Assembly: GCA_948444845.1 (NCBI GenBank)
Contig: CAOJVB010000004.1
Location: 6,083 to 70,082 of the forward strand
From: an uncultured Clostridiaceae bacterium
GTDB lineage: Bacteria; Bacillota; Clostridia; TANB77; CAG-508
Length of the DNA: 64,000 nucleotides
Direction: 5' to 3'
Part shown: positions 10,660 through 22,663 of the stretch, piece by piece
Layout of the letters: every line of letters begins with the position of its first letter
Numbering within the stretch: position 1 is the first letter of the stretch
Notes under the pieces: model-generated
What the model was told of the DNA's origin: nothing
The model's input: only the letters and a program-made list of their open reading frames with translations
Database searches by the model: none
Translations under genes and position numbers: made by a program

Positions 10660-12124
10660 CTAATTGTCAAACTTAGGCTCACATGTTAGCCTTATTCCTA
10701 AGTTTTTCATTACATTATTTTCTTCACTTGTAACTATATATGAAGAATGTGCCTCTAGTCCGTCCAAGCTTTTCTAGTTGTTCCATTGCTTTTTCTACAC
10801 TTTCATTGTTTGAGCTACATATACTAAGTGTTATTAGTACTTCTTGAATATTTAAATAATAATTTTTTTTGTATGATATTTTTTGTTTTGTTTTAAATAT
10901 TCCTTCTAATACTTCTGGTGACAATAAGTATTCTTCGTCTGGCAAGCCTGCTAATTCTTTCAATGTATTAATAAGCATAGCACTTGAAGCACTTAATAGT
11001 TTAGATTCTTTTCCTGTTATTATCTTTCCATCTTTTAATTCTATCGCTACAATATTTGTTTTCTTTTCTTCTGCTTTGTAGATTGTTGGTTTAACTATAC
11101 TTCTATCTTCTTTATTTATATTTAATTTTGTCATTAATGCACTTATTCTATCTACTACTTCTTGTGAACTTATACCTTTCTTCATATCACAAATAGTACT
11201 ATAATATCTTCTTATAACTTCTTGGCATCCAGCCTCCTTTGCTATTTCATCATTTACAATACAGCCTTTTATCATATTAACTCCCATATCTGTTGGTGAG
11301 TTATATATATTTTCCCCCATTATACTGTTTAACATGTTTTTTAGTATTGGAAATGTTGATATATCTCTATTATAATTTACTGCTTCTATATTATATTCTT
11401 GCATATGGAATGGATCTATCATGTTAATGTCACCTAAGTCTGCTGTTGATGCTTCATACGCTACATTTACTGGGTGCAATAATCCCATATTCCATACTGG
11501 GAAAGTTTCATATTTTGCATAACCTGCTCTTACTCCATTTTGATTTTCATTATACATTTGTGATAAACATGTTGCTAACTTCCCACTATTTGGACCTGGA
11601 GCTGTTACTACTACTAACTTTTTAGTTGTTTTTATATATGGATTCTTTCCAAAACCTTCTTTACTAAATATTTTTTCTATATTATTTGGATAACCTGCAA
11701 TTGGCTCAAATAAATATGCTTTTATGTTTTTATTTTGTAATGATTTTTCTAGTTTTTCTACTCCTTTTTGGCCTGTATACATATTTATTGCTACCCCACT
11801 AACTAATATGTCAATTTTCTGCATTTTTTCTATTAGTCTTAGTAAATCTTGCTCATAACTAATTCCATAGTCAGCTCTTATTTTGTTTTTTTCTATGTCA
11901 TTTGCATTTATACAAAATATTACTTCTAAGTCATCTCTAAATTGTTTTAGAAGTTCTATTTTTGCATCTGCTTTGAAGCCTGGAAGCACTCTGCTCGCAT
12001 GTAAATCGTCAAATAATTTACCTCCAAATTCTAAGTATAATTTGTTATCAAACTTTTTTATTCTTTCTTCAATTTTTTCTTTTTGTATTTTCAAATACTT
12101 TTCATGATCAAATGCTACTTTCAT
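10660..12124 (-). CDS. DUF1846 (UPF0371) family protein; needs +1 shift at in-frame CGG (10760-10762)
   Basis: MKVAFDHEKYLKIQKEKIEERI...LHASRVLPGF is typical of the family. The +1 frame gives LG|GLEAHSSYIVTSEENNVMKNLGIRLTCEPKFDN*. Confidence 0.8.
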
Positions 12125-12385
12125 TTCTACCTCTCCTTCTCAAATATAAAGGGCATAGTAACTTATTATTATATAATATATTATAAGCAAATGGTTCCCT
12201 AACATCTATTTTTTTCACATAATAAAAATAGATTAAAAAACTTCTCCGAAAAATTCGGTTTTTTTTTAATCTATTATTAATTATTTTCCATAATGATATC
12301 ATTAATTATTTTCTTATGCAAGATTATTTTTAGATTTTTTTACTTTTTTGTTATTAATTAAAATATTAAAAGAATATAAATCATT

Positions 12386-13432
12386 TTATTCTTCATCTTC
12401 ATTTTCTGATTCTTCATCTCCTAAGCTTTTTTCAAATGCTTCTGAGAATTTACTTCTTATTTTTTCTTCTACTTCTTTTGCCATTTCTGGATTGTCCATT
12501 AAATATTTTTTTACATTTTCTCTTCCTTGTCCTATTCTATCTCCATTATAGCTAAACCATGATCCACTTTTTTCTATTATGTCTAAGTTTACTGCTATAT
12601 CTAGTATATTTCCTTCCTTTGATATTCCTTTTCCATATACTATATCAAATTCTGCTTCTCTAAATGGTGGTGCTACTTTATTTTTTACTACTTTTACTTT
12701 TGCTCTATTTCCTACTACTTCTCCATCTTGCTTGATGTTTTCTACTTTTCTTATGTCTAAACGTACTGATGCATAGTACTTTAATGCTCTACCTCCTGCT
12801 GTCGTTTCAGGGTTACCAAACATAACTCCTACTTTTTCTCTTAATTGGTTTATGAATACTATTACACATTTTGATTTGTTTATTGCTCCTGCTAATTTTC
12901 TTAGTGCTTGTGACATTAGCCTTGCTTGAAGTCCTATATGTGAGTCTCCCATGTCTCCATCTATCTCTGCTTTTGGAACTAAGGCTGCTACTGAATCTAT
13001 TACTATTACATCTAATGCTCCACTTCTTACTAGTGCTTCTGCTATTTCTAATGCTTGTTCTCCTGTATCTGGTTGTGATACTATTAGGTTATCAATGTCT
13101 ACTCCTAAATGTTTTGCATATACTGGGTCTAATGCGTGTTCTGCATCTACAAATGCTGCTTCTCCTCCCATTTTTTGGGCTTCTGCTATCATATGTAGTG
13201 CAAGTGTTGTTTTTCCTGAAGATTCTGGACCATATACTTCTATTATTCTTCCACGTGGAATTCCACCTATTCCTAGTGCTATATCTAAGCTTAATGCCCC
13301 TGTTGGTATTGCTTCAACATTCATTGCTTGGAATTCCCCTAGTTTCATTACTGAACCTTTTCCAAATTGTTTTTCTATTTGACCTAATGCTGCTTCTAAT
13401 GCTTTCATTTTTTCTGAATTTGTATTACTCAT
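12386..13432 (-). CDS. recA: recombinase RecA
   Basis: [13 protein letters not shown] Walker A and full-length RecA similarity. Confidence 0.97.
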   Translation of the reverse strand: MSNTNSEKMKALEAALGQIEKQFGKGSVMKLGEFQAMNVEAIPTGALSLDIALGIGGIPRGRIIEVYGPESSGKTTLALHMIAEAQKMGGEAAFVDAEHALDPVYAKHLGVDIDNLIVSQPDTGEQALEIAEALVRSGALDVIVIDSVAALVPKAEIDGDMGDSHIGLQARLMSQALRKLAGAINKSKCVIVFINQLREKVGVMFGNPETTAGGRALKYYASVRLDIRKVENIKQDGEVVGNRAKVKVVKNKVAPPFREAEFDIVYGKGISKEGNILDIAVNLDIIEKSGSWFSYNGDRIGQGRENVKKYLMDNPEMAKEVEEKIRSKFSEAFEKSLGDEESENEDEE

Positions 13433-13523
13433 TTATTTTTCCTCCTAAATTTCTGTTTTCTAAACCTTTGTTTGTTTTATTATATCGTATTAAAAATTTT
13501 TGTCAAGTGTTTTTTTGATTTTT

Positions 13524-15110
13524 TTACATTCTACTCCAAGTGTAAAAATTATAATAACTAAAATAATTATTTGGTGTTATTTCTCCTGCTAAATTTTGAC
13601 TTCTTACAACTGTTCCTTTATTCCTATATAAACTAATAAAAGGCATTTCATTATTATAAATTTCTATGATTCTACTATATTTCTCTTTTAGTAAATTTTC
13701 ATCTTTTATATTTTTTATATCTGTTATAATTGTGTTTAGTTCTTCATTATTATAATTTTGTAAGTTTCCGCTTCCTAAAAATGTTTCTACATCTGGCGAG
13801 TATGAATTATATACTCCTGTTAATATCATTTGATAATTTTTATTTTGTACTATGGTATCATAACTTGCTTTTGTTACTTTATTGATATTTGTGGTTATTC
13901 CTATTTTTTCTAATTCTTGTTTTATAAATTCTGCTACTTTTACCCTATTTTCGTCTTCTTTATTTACTGTTAAATTTAATCTAATTCTATTTGTTCTATA
14001 ATTTTCTTGTTTTTGCCACTTATTATTTTTATAAATCCAACCATTTTCTTCTAATACTTTTTTTGCTTGCTCCTCATTATATCCTAAACTTACTGCATTT
14101 TCCTTGTATAAATAATTTCCATAGTGTATTGGAAAATTTGATATATATTTATTGTTGTTATATACTGATGTTATAAGTGCTGTTTTATCTAGTCCATAAC
14201 CTATAGCTTTTCTTACTTCTACATTTTTTAGTATATTATCCTCACAATTAAATGCCAAATAGTCAAATTCCCTTCCTCCATATTCACATTTTGCATAACC
14301 TATTGTTCCTATATAATTTTCTAAGTTATTATTTGAAGTTGTGAAAATATCTATGTTTCCTAGCTTAAAACTATTATATAGTTCTCCTATTTCTGTAAAT
14401 ATTTTTATATCAATTTTTTCTATTTTTGCATCTTGTTTTTCTTTATTCCACCATTTATCATTTTTTTCTAAAACTATGTTATTAGCTTCTAACTTTGATA
14501 TTTTGTACATTCCTGTTCCCATAGGCGTTTTTGTACTTTCATAAAAGTTTTCACCTATATAGTAATTATTGGATATAATTGGAAATGTTAAATTATATTC
14601 AAAAAATGCAACTGGTTTATTTAAGTTTATTCTTATTGTATTAGTATCTAAAATTTCTATATTTTCTATAGGTTCTACATTATATGAATATATATTTTTT
14701 CCTTCTTTTAATTTTTCTATTGTAAAGACTATATCTTTTGCTACTAAAGAACTTCCATCTTGCCATTTTTTATTTGTATCTATTTTTATTACATATGCAA
14801 TATCTGATATTTTTGAACATTCTGTAGCTAAGCACATTTCTAGTTTATAATCTTTTGTAATATTTATTAGTGGTTCAAATATTAGCTTGTCTATATTTAG
14901 TATTTCTTTGTTATTTGATATTAATGGGTTTATTGTATCATAGTTTGATATACCTAGCCTTATATCTGTTTTTTCTACTATTTCTATTCCTTTGCTTTGT
15001 TTGTTTTCTTCTTCTATTCCTTTATCTTTGAAATATAGTGCATATATTGAATAAATAACTATTCCTATTGCAAATATTATAAAAATATATTTAAAGATAT
15101 TTGATTTCAT
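13524..15110 (-). CDS. ABC transporter substrate-binding protein, family 5 (peptide/nickel type), orphan
   Basis: 528-aa ORF with N-terminal anchor and SBP_bac_5-like layout; no permease or ATPase genes adjacent. Confidence 0.7.
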   Translation of the reverse strand: MKSNIFKYIFIIFAIGIVIYSIYALYFKDKGIEEENKQSKGIEIVEKTDIRLGISNYDTINPLISNNKEILNIDKLIFEPLINITKDYKLEMCLATECSKISDIAYVIKIDTNKKWQDGSSLVAKDIVFTIEKLKEGKNIYSYNVEPIENIEILDTNTIRINLNKPVAFFEYNLTFPIISNNYYIGENFYESTKTPMGTGMYKISKLEANNIVLEKNDKWWNKEKQDAKIEKIDIKIFTEIGELYNSFKLGNIDIFTTSNNNLENYIGTIGYAKCEYGGREFDYLAFNCEDNILKNVEVRKAIGYGLDKTALITSVYNNNKYISNFPIHYGNYLYKENAVSLGYNEEQAKKVLEENGWIYKNNKWQKQENYRTNRIRLNLTVNKEDENRVKVAEFIKQELEKIGITTNINKVTKASYDTIVQNKNYQMILTGVYNSYSPDVETFLGSGNLQNYNNEELNTIITDIKNIKDENLLKEKYSRIIEIYNNEMPFISLYRNKGTVVRSQNLAGEITPNNYFSYYNFYTWSRM

Positions 15111-15317
15111 TTTTTGTTTTCGTATAATGTTAATTTATTATACGAGTTTCTCCTTTCTTTTAAATTTGGTATAATATTTATAAGATTGATGTTTTTTTCT
15201 TATTTATATTGTGGAAATTTTTATTTATAATATAAGATTTTTTTGGTTTTTTCAAGTTTTTATTGGAAATATATTAGATTTTTAATTTATAAATGATTTT
15301 AAATTATTATTTTGGGA

Positions 15318-15419
15318 TTGTATAGAAAGTGTGTCAAAAGGGACGGAGCAAATTGACACACTTTATCTTTTAAAGATGTGTCAATTTGCTCCGTCCCTTT
15401 TGACACACTTTCTATACAA
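15318..15419. repeat. near-perfect 45-bp-arm palindrome (family-C variant), likely also the spoVS terminator
   Basis: ttgtatagaaagtgtgtcaaaagggacggagcaaattgacacac ... exact reverse complement, 13 nt downstream of the spoVS stop. Confidence 0.85.
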
Positions 15420-15431
15420 TTCCTTATATTT

Positions 15432-15695
15432 TTATTTTCTAGATTCTACTATAATTCTAATACCTGTTCTGTCTTCGCCTTCTACTTCTACTTCGGCGAA
15501 GGCTGGTATACATACTAGATCTACTCCTGCTGGTGCTACGAATCCTCTTGCTATTGCTACTGCCTTTACTGCTTGATTTAGAGCTCCTGCTCCGATTGCT
15601 TGCATTTCTGCTTTGTTCTCCTCTTTTACTAACCCTGCTATTGCTCCTGCAATTGAATTTGGGTTTGATTTTGATGAGATTTTTAAAACTTCCAT
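15432..15695 (-). CDS. spoVS: stage V sporulation protein S
   Basis: 87-aa MEVLKISSKSNPNSIAGAIAG...; highly conserved SpoVS sequence. Confidence 0.95.
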   Translation of the reverse strand: MEVLKISSKSNPNSIAGAIAGLVKEENKAEMQAIGAGALNQAVKAVAIARGFVAPAGVDLVCIPAFAEVEVEGEDRTGIRIIVESRK

Positions 15696-15825
15696 CTTTT
15701 GCCTCCTATAATTTTATTTTTATTTGAATTACAGGTATAGTTATATTACATTTTCTGGGAATTGTCTAGTACTTTTATGGAAAAAATTGGAAAAGTTTTC
15801 GCCTTTTTTCTTCTTTTTTCGTCAT

Positions 15826-16599
15826 TTACTTAATAGCTATCCTTTTTATAGATGTTGCTCTACATATTTCGTCATTTATTTCTATTACACAACCATTGAA
15901 CATACAATTTCCTTCTGCTAATTTATATCTTTCTGGAAGTGATGTTACAAATCTTTTTACAGATGCTTCTACATCCATTCCTATTACTGAGTTTATTGGA
16001 CCTGTCATTCCTATATCTGATATAAATGCTGTTCCTTTTTGAGTTATTTCTTCATCTGCTGTTTGTACGTGTGTATGTGTTCCATATAGTGCTGTTATTC
16101 TTCCATCTAAATAATATTTCATTGCTATTTTTTCTGCTGACGCTTCTGCATGGAAATCTACTATTATATAATCTACCTTTTCTTTTACTTCTTTTATAAT
16201 ATCATCTGCTTTTATAAATGGGTTATCTGATTGAACCCCCATTTCTGTTCTTCCTATTAAGTTTATTACACATATTTTTTTATTTTTACATTCATATATA
16301 TTATAGCCTTTTCCTACTACTCCTCTTGAATAATTGGCTGGTCTTAAAAGTTTTTCATCATCTATAAATGTGAATATATCTTTTTTTCCCCATGTATGGT
16401 TTCCCATTGTAATTGCATTTACATTTAACGCCTTTAAATCATTAAATATTTTTGTTGTTATCCCCATTCCTCCTGCTGAATTTTCTGCATTTACTATTAC
16501 AAAATCTATATTATTTTCTTTTCTAAAGTTTGGCAAAATCTCTTTTAATTTTTTTACTCCACTTTCTCCTACTAGATCTCCTACTGCTAATATTTTCAT
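15826..16599 (-). CDS. ymdB: YmdB-like metallophosphoesterase (2',3'-cyclic-nucleotide phosphodiesterase family)
   Basis: MKILAVGDLVG...VIVNAENSAGGMGIT...GNHTWGKK motifs. Confidence 0.85.
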   Translation of the reverse strand: MKILAVGDLVGESGVKKLKEILPNFRKENNIDFVIVNAENSAGGMGITTKIFNDLKALNVNAITMGNHTWGKKDIFTFIDDEKLLRPANYSRGVVGKGYNIYECKNKKICVINLIGRTEMGVQSDNPFIKADDIIKEVKEKVDYIIVDFHAEASAEKIAMKYYLDGRITALYGTHTHVQTADEEITQKGTAFISDIGMTGPINSVIGMDVEASVKRFVTSLPERYKLAEGNCMFNGCVIEINDEICRATSIKRIAIK

Positions 16600-16719
16600 A
16601 TAATCCCTTCTTTCATGCTTATTATAATACTATAATTTGGTTTATTTGTAAATGTTTTATGAATATTTTTAAATTCCCTAGTGTATACTTTAAATAAATA
16701 TATTTTGAGGAGGTTACAA

Positions 16720-16905
16720 ATGAATAGAAATAGAATTTACGAAATTATGAAAAACAAAGAAATTAGAGATGTTTATTATCAGGATAGACCTGTTTGGGTT
16801 CAAGAAGTAAATAATGATGTTGCAAAGGTTGGCTTTATGGATGGTAGGTCTGAAATAGATGTACCTATTGCTGATTTATCTGAAAGATGCATATATAAGT
16901 ATTAA
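16720..16905 (+). CDS. sspH: small acid-soluble spore protein, H-type (SspH-like)
   Basis: 61-aa MNRNRIYEIMKNKEIRDVYYQDRPVWVQEV... matches the SspH pattern; gaggagg RBS. Confidence 0.65.
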   Translation: MNRNRIYEIMKNKEIRDVYYQDRPVWVQEVNNDVAKVGFMDGRSEIDVPIADLSERCIYKY

Positions 16906-16944
16906 AAATTAAATTTTTCGCTATAATATAACAAATTTGATTTC

Positions 16945-17015
16945 ACTACGCTGGTGAGCGATGCTCGCCCCTACAAATTTAACTAAAAAAGAGTACTTTC
17001 CTAGTATATAAAAAG
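16945..17015 (+). repeat. family-A repeat, long form (…gctcgcccctacaaatttaac…gagtactttcctagtata)
   Basis: close matches to 32774-32840, 32853-32933 and 42876-42929. Confidence 0.8.
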
Positions 17016-17053
17016 AAAATAGTAGCTTTGTACACTACTATTTTCCTTTTGTT

Positions 17054-17437
17054 CTATTTAAAAGAATGTACTAACATTCCTCCTATCACTCCACTAAATA
17101 TCATTAAAACTAAAATCCCAATACCATAAAAGACATCTGCATTATCATCAATAGCAATATGTATCACTTCAGCTGTGCCATTTGCTATTTCATATTTTGC
17201 CTTTATTATTTCTTCTTTTCCTTTTCTACTGGTTATTTCAATTATTCCAGTGTCTTTTGTATCAGGATATTTTATGCTATATCCTTCTGGAAGCTTATAG
17301 CCTGCTCCATTTTCTGCCACTTCATTTGCAACTTGGTTTATTTCTTTTATCCGTTCATATGATGTTGATACTGTGCAACCTGTTAAAAACATATTTGTTA
17401 ATAGGAAAGTTAAAAATAAAATTATTCTTTTTTTCAT
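17054..17437 (-). CDS. lipoprotein with C-terminal TM helix; contains an in-frame CGG (17351-17353) that must be read in the 0 frame
   Basis: lipobox LTGC after MKKRIILFLTFLL. The 0 frame stays open about 100 codons after CGG, while the +1 frame hits TAA immediately. Confidence 0.7.
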   Translation of the reverse strand: MKKRIILFLTFLLTNMFLTGCTVSTSYERIKEINQVANEVAENGAGYKLPEGYSIKYPDTKDTGIIEITSRKGKEEIIKAKYEIANGTAEVIHIAIDDNADVFYGIGILVLMIFSGVIGGMLVHSFK

Positions 17438-17576
17438 TGCTTTTCCCTCCATTTTTATAAAACAGATTAATAAGTTGCATTTATTATATCATTTTTATAA
17501 ATTCATTTCAATACCTTTACATAAATTTGTATATTTTTATAAATTTTGTTAATTATATTATTAGGTGGTGATTATA

Positions 17577-17750
17577 ATGACAAGTAAAGAACTTTTATAT
17601 ATTGAGGATAGCTTAGGGCATGAAAATTTTATGAAATCATGTAGTACTAAAACTGCAAGTAAACTAACAGACCCTACTCTTTCTAGTTATATAGGAAGTC
17701 TAGCACAAAAACATACTGATTTAGCAAACAAATTCTTAAATTTATTATAG
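17577..17750 (+). CDS. small hypothetical protein, upstream partner of the CotF-like gene
   Basis: 57-aa ORF with aggtggtg RBS, 9 nt from the next gene. Confidence 0.5.
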   Translation: MTSKELLYIEDSLGHENFMKSCSTKTASKLTDPTLSSYIGSLAQKHTDLANKFLNLL

Positions 17751-17759
17751 GAGGTAAGT

Positions 17760-18005
17760 ATGGAAGATAAAGATTTAATGGAAAATGAATTATTAGTTAT
17801 TAAAGGTGTATGTGATTTATACCTTCATGGTACTATAGAAGCTTCTACCGCTGAAGTTCATACAGCTTTTAAAGATGCTTTAAATGAAAGCTTAGATATT
17901 CAAAATAAAATTTATAATTTAATGAAGGAAAAAGGTTGGTATCAAACAGATACTGCTGAACAAACTAAAATTGATAGTGCTAAGCAAAAGTTTTTAGCAC
18001 AATAA
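17760..18005 (+). CDS. spore coat protein, CotF-like domain
   Basis: 81-aa ...LLVIKGVCDLYLHGTIEASTAEVHTAFKDAL...KGWY matches the Coat_F pattern. Confidence 0.65.
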   Translation: MEDKDLMENELLVIKGVCDLYLHGTIEASTAEVHTAFKDALNESLDIQNKIYNLMKEKGWYQTDTAEQTKIDSAKQKFLAQ

Positions 18006-18027
18006 ATTGGAAAAATAGAACTTAAAA

Positions 18028-18142
18028 ACGTGAAGGGGACGTTTCCAAATGCTCCATTTTGGACGCTATTGGGAAACGTCCCCTTTACGTCTAGAAAATG
18101 AAAGATTTGGAAAGTTTTTGACACGTCCCAAATCTTTCCAAT
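18028..18142. repeat. composite of a family-B hairpin (ggggacgtttcc / ggaaacgtcccc) and a family-C half-element (gaaagatttgg...gacacgtcccaaatctttcc)
   Basis: seen directly; lies between the cotF-like gene and the pheT stop. Confidence 0.8.
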
Positions 18143-18146
18143 TCTT

Positions 18147-20510
18147 TTATTTCCTTATTTGCACTCCACTTTTTTCAAGTCCTACTATTATTTTTTCTAA
18201 TATGGTATTTATTTCTTCGTCTGTTAATGTTCTATCTTGTGCTCCAAATTCTAGTGAATATGCTATACTTTTTTTGTTTTCTTCAATCCCTGTTCCTGTG
18301 TATATGTCAAATACTTTGCTTGACAAAAGCATACTTCCTGCTAATTTTTTTATTTGTTTTGCTATTTCTTCTGAGTTTACATCTTTTTGTACTATTACCG
18401 CTAAGTCTTTTCTTACTACTGGGAATTTTGATATTTCTTTGTATTTCATTTTTCCTGTTTTCTTTTCTAATAACTTACTTAAGTTTATTTCTAGTACATA
18501 TACATCTTCTTTTTGCATTTCTGGATGTAGTTTTCCTATTATTCCTAATATATCATTATTTACTGAAATTAATGCTGTTTGATATGGGTGGAATTCTTGT
18601 GGTAGTTCATCTTTTATAACAAAACTGTATCTTCCATTATAACCTAAATAGTCTAATATTTCTTCTGCTATACCTTTTATATCATAAAAACTTGATTTTT
18701 CTGGTTTTAGCCCTAAAGTATGCTCTCCTGCTATTAATGCACATAGTTTTAAGTCTTCTCCATATTTTTCTTCTTTTTTGTAAAATCCTTTTCCTATTTC
18801 GAATATTGATACATCTTTTTGGCTACGTGCTTTGTTATATTCATATATTTTTACTAGTGATGGAATCATACTGTATCTTAAAGTATTTCTTTCTTCTGTC
18901 ATTGGGTCTAATAGTTTTATTGGTTCAAAGTTGTCTTTTGTATATCTAACTGCTTCTTTATCATTTACTAATATATATGATAGTGTTTCGTTTAGTCCTA
19001 AGTCTATCATTTTGTTTCTTATTTGCCTTAATGTTTTATTATATGAACCTTGTTTTAATGGTAGTTTTGGTAGTCTTCCTTCTATGTTATCTACTCCATA
19101 TATTCTTCCAACTTCTTCTATTAAGTCTTCTGCAATTGATATATCTATTCTTCTTTTTGGAACTGATACATGCACTATTTCTCCTTCTTGTTCATATGTA
19201 AATCCTAATCTTCTAAATACATCTAATACTGCTTCTTGTGGCACTTCTAGCCCTAATACTTTATTTATCTTTTCAAATGTTATATCTATTTTTTTATCAG
19301 ATAAGTCTGAAATATCATATTTTACTAAACCACCTACTATGGTTGCATCTGCATATTTTTCAAGTAAATTACATGACCTTTCAATTGCCATATATGTTCT
19401 ATTTGGGTCTAAGCCTTTTTCAAACCTTGTACTTGCTTCACTTCTTAATATTTCTTTTGAAGTTTTTCTTACTTTTACTGGGTCAAATATTGCTGATTCT
19501 ATAATTATGTTTTTTGTATTTTCTGTAATTTCAGTTTCCAATCCACCCATTACTCCTGCTAAACCAATAGCTTTTTCTCCATTTGAAATTACTATATCTT
19601 CTGATGATAATGTTCTTTCTATTTCATCTAATGTTGTTAACTTTTCTCCATCTTGTGCCATTCTTACTTCTAGCATTCCATTTAAAGTATCTGCATCGTA
19701 GTAGTGAAGTGGCTGGCCTACTTCTAGCATTACATAGTTACTTATATCTACTACATTGTTAATTGGTCTAATTCCTGATGCCATTAGTCTATTTTTTATA
19801 AATGTTGGGCTTTCTTTTATTACTACATTTTCTACTCTTTTTGCTAAGAAAATATTACAGTTTTTAGTATTTACTTGTACTTTAAAAGTATTGTTTATGT
19901 CATCATTAGTTTCTTTATGTAATAAATCTATTGGTTTAACTTGTTTATCATAAATTGCTGATATTTCATGTGCCATACCTAATATACTTAGTAAGTCTCC
20001 ACGGTTTGCTGTTAGTTCAAAATCAATTACACTATCATCCATTTGCATTAACTTTATAGGGTCTTCTCCTACCTCAGCATTTTCTGGTAATTCGTGTATT
20101 CCTTCTTTATCTTCTGGCTTCAAAAATTTGCTATCTAAGCCTAACTCTGCTATTGCACAAAGCATTCCATTGGATTCAACACCACGAATTTTTCCTGGTT
20201 TTATTTTAAAATCTCCTGGTAAAACTGCCCCTGGAAGAGCTACTATAACTTTTAAACCTTTTCTAACATTTGGTGCTCCACATACTATTTGTAAAGTTTC
20301 TTCTCCTACATTTACTTTGCATACATGTAAATGGTCAGAATCTGGGTGCATCTCGCATTCTATTACTTCTCCTACTATTAAGTTTGTAGCATTTATGAAG
20401 TTTTCTGCTGTTTCATATTCATTTCCTGCTTTAGTCATATCTTCAGCTAACATTTTTGTATCTACATCTATATCTACATAGTCTTTGACAAAATTTGTAC
20501 TTAATTTCAT
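18147..20510 (-). CDS. pheT: phenylalanine-tRNA ligase beta subunit
   Basis: 787-aa ORF with tRNA-binding, B3/4, B5 and FDX-ACB domain order. Confidence 0.95.
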   Translation of the reverse strand: MKLSTNFVKDYVDIDVDTKMLAEDMTKAGNEYETAENFINATNLIVGEVIECEMHPDSDHLHVCKVNVGEETLQIVCGAPNVRKGLKVIVALPGAVLPGDFKIKPGKIRGVESNGMLCAIAELGLDSKFLKPEDKEGIHELPENAEVGEDPIKLMQMDDSVIDFELTANRGDLLSILGMAHEISAIYDKQVKPIDLLHKETNDDINNTFKVQVNTKNCNIFLAKRVENVVIKESPTFIKNRLMASGIRPINNVVDISNYVMLEVGQPLHYYDADTLNGMLEVRMAQDGEKLTTLDEIERTLSSEDIVISNGEKAIGLAGVMGGLETEITENTKNIIIESAIFDPVKVRKTSKEILRSEASTRFEKGLDPNRTYMAIERSCNLLEKYADATIVGGLVKYDISDLSDKKIDITFEKINKVLGLEVPQEAVLDVFRRLGFTYEQEGEIVHVSVPKRRIDISIAEDLIEEVGRIYGVDNIEGRLPKLPLKQGSYNKTLRQIRNKMIDLGLNETLSYILVNDKEAVRYTKDNFEPIKLLDPMTEERNTLRYSMIPSLVKIYEYNKARSQKDVSIFEIGKGFYKKEEKYGEDLKLCALIAGEHTLGLKPEKSSFYDIKGIAEEILDYLGYNGRYSFVIKDELPQEFHPYQTALISVNNDILGIIGKLHPEMQKEDVYVLEINLSKLLEKKTGKMKYKEISKFPVVRKDLAVIVQKDVNSEEIAKQIKKLAGSMLLSSKVFDIYTGTGIEENKKSIAYSLEFGAQDRTLTDEEINTILEKIIVGLEKSGVQIRK

Positions 20511-20527
20511 TTTTTTCTCTCCTTTTC

Positions 20528-20899
20528 CTTCCCATTGGGGACGTTTCCTTTTGGGGTATCTGTCCCTTTTGGGGTATAACGTCCCTTTTCGAATATCATT
20601 TTTTTCTTTTATATATATTTATTTTGATATTATAATAATATATTTTTAATAATTTGATAATTAATATATTATAATAATAATTGCAATTTGTAGATTATCC
20701 TTATGTTTTTATATATATTAAAATCAGAATTTAGCTTAATATATAAACTCATAAGGTGGATTATTTTTGATATCTACTATTGTTTTTCAAGTCATTCCTT
20801 AGAAGATTGGAGTACCTTAATTATTTGTGCTACTTCCCAAAAGTGACAGATACCCCATTTGTACCAGATACCCCATTAGGAAACGTCCCCAATTGGAAC
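20528..20899. repeat. 372-bp inverted-repeat-bounded (MITE-like) element filling the whole pheS-pheT spacer
   Basis: 65-bp family-B arms at 20528-20592 and 20833-20899 are reverse complements; the interior carries family-E hairpin copy B (20699-20756). Confidence 0.85.
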
Positions 20900-21935
<1,036 letters not shown>

Positions 21936-21994
21936 CTTTATTTTTCTCCCTTCTTTTTATATTTTAATTTTTTTAAATACTTTTGAGTAAAAGT

Positions 21995-22122
21995 GGTTTT
22001 GCTACGCAGGTCACACTTTCACCTTACAACGTGAAATAATTTATTATTAACTAATTACTTTTCACATTTGATATAGATGTAGGTGGTAGCTAGTAACTGA
22101 CCATGCTCCAACGAATTTTCTT
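21995..22122. repeat. two degenerate family-A-like units between the T-box terminator and the pheS start
   Basis: gctacgcaggtcac...caccttacaacg and the reverse-oriented tgtaggtggtagc...cgaattttctt. Confidence 0.45.
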
Positions 22123-22147
22123 AAATAAAATATCAATTTTTCCTATT

Positions 22148-22372
22148 CAACAAAAAAACAATTCTATCCTATTACATAGGACGAATTGCTTGCATTTCGT
22201 GGTACCACCTAATTTTATTAATGTTTATTTTCATTAACCTTATTTTTCCCTTTAACGCAGAGGTTTACGCTATTTCCTACTTTTATTTTCAAAAATAGTC
22301 CTAAAAAAGTGAAATTTCTGTAATTTATGTATGAAAGGCTTTCAGCGCTTTTCACCTTTCTCTCTTTTAATA
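22148..22372 (-). promoter_or_regulatory. T-box leader (Phe-specific) controlling pheST
   Basis: minus strand shows the AGAGA/GNUGNGA-type stem I start, a specifier loop with UUC followed by A, the T-box aattaggtggtaccacg (22195-22214), then a terminator hairpin plus U-run (22151-22189). Confidence 0.85.
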
Positions 22373-22663
22373 CATTTTTTATTTTACATACTTTGCTTTT
22401 TTCTTGGATTTTTTATTTTACATTTTCTATTTTACTATACTTTTTGCTTTTATACAAGTGTTATATACAAAAATAGTACTTTTGTATATAATATATTTAG
22501 AAAATAAGAACCACAAAATGGTTGCCAATGAATAGTAAAAATACCCATTCCCTTGTCAAAGCAGAATGGATATCTTTTTACCCTTTATGCAAATCAAGGT
22601 AAATTGTAAATTACTTACATTTTGTAAATTATTCACCATTCACTATTCATTATTCACTCTTCT

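Noticed and set aside
12871-13518. Long plus-strand ORFs rich in Leu/Phe/Ser antisense to minus-strand genes (also 18832-19701, 24741-25253, 54312-54926, 9408-9809 and many shorter ones)
   Set aside because: They lie opposite well-supported conserved genes (recA, pheT, spoIVB and others). They have low-complexity composition typical of the antisense frame in AT-rich DNA, and they lack RBSs.
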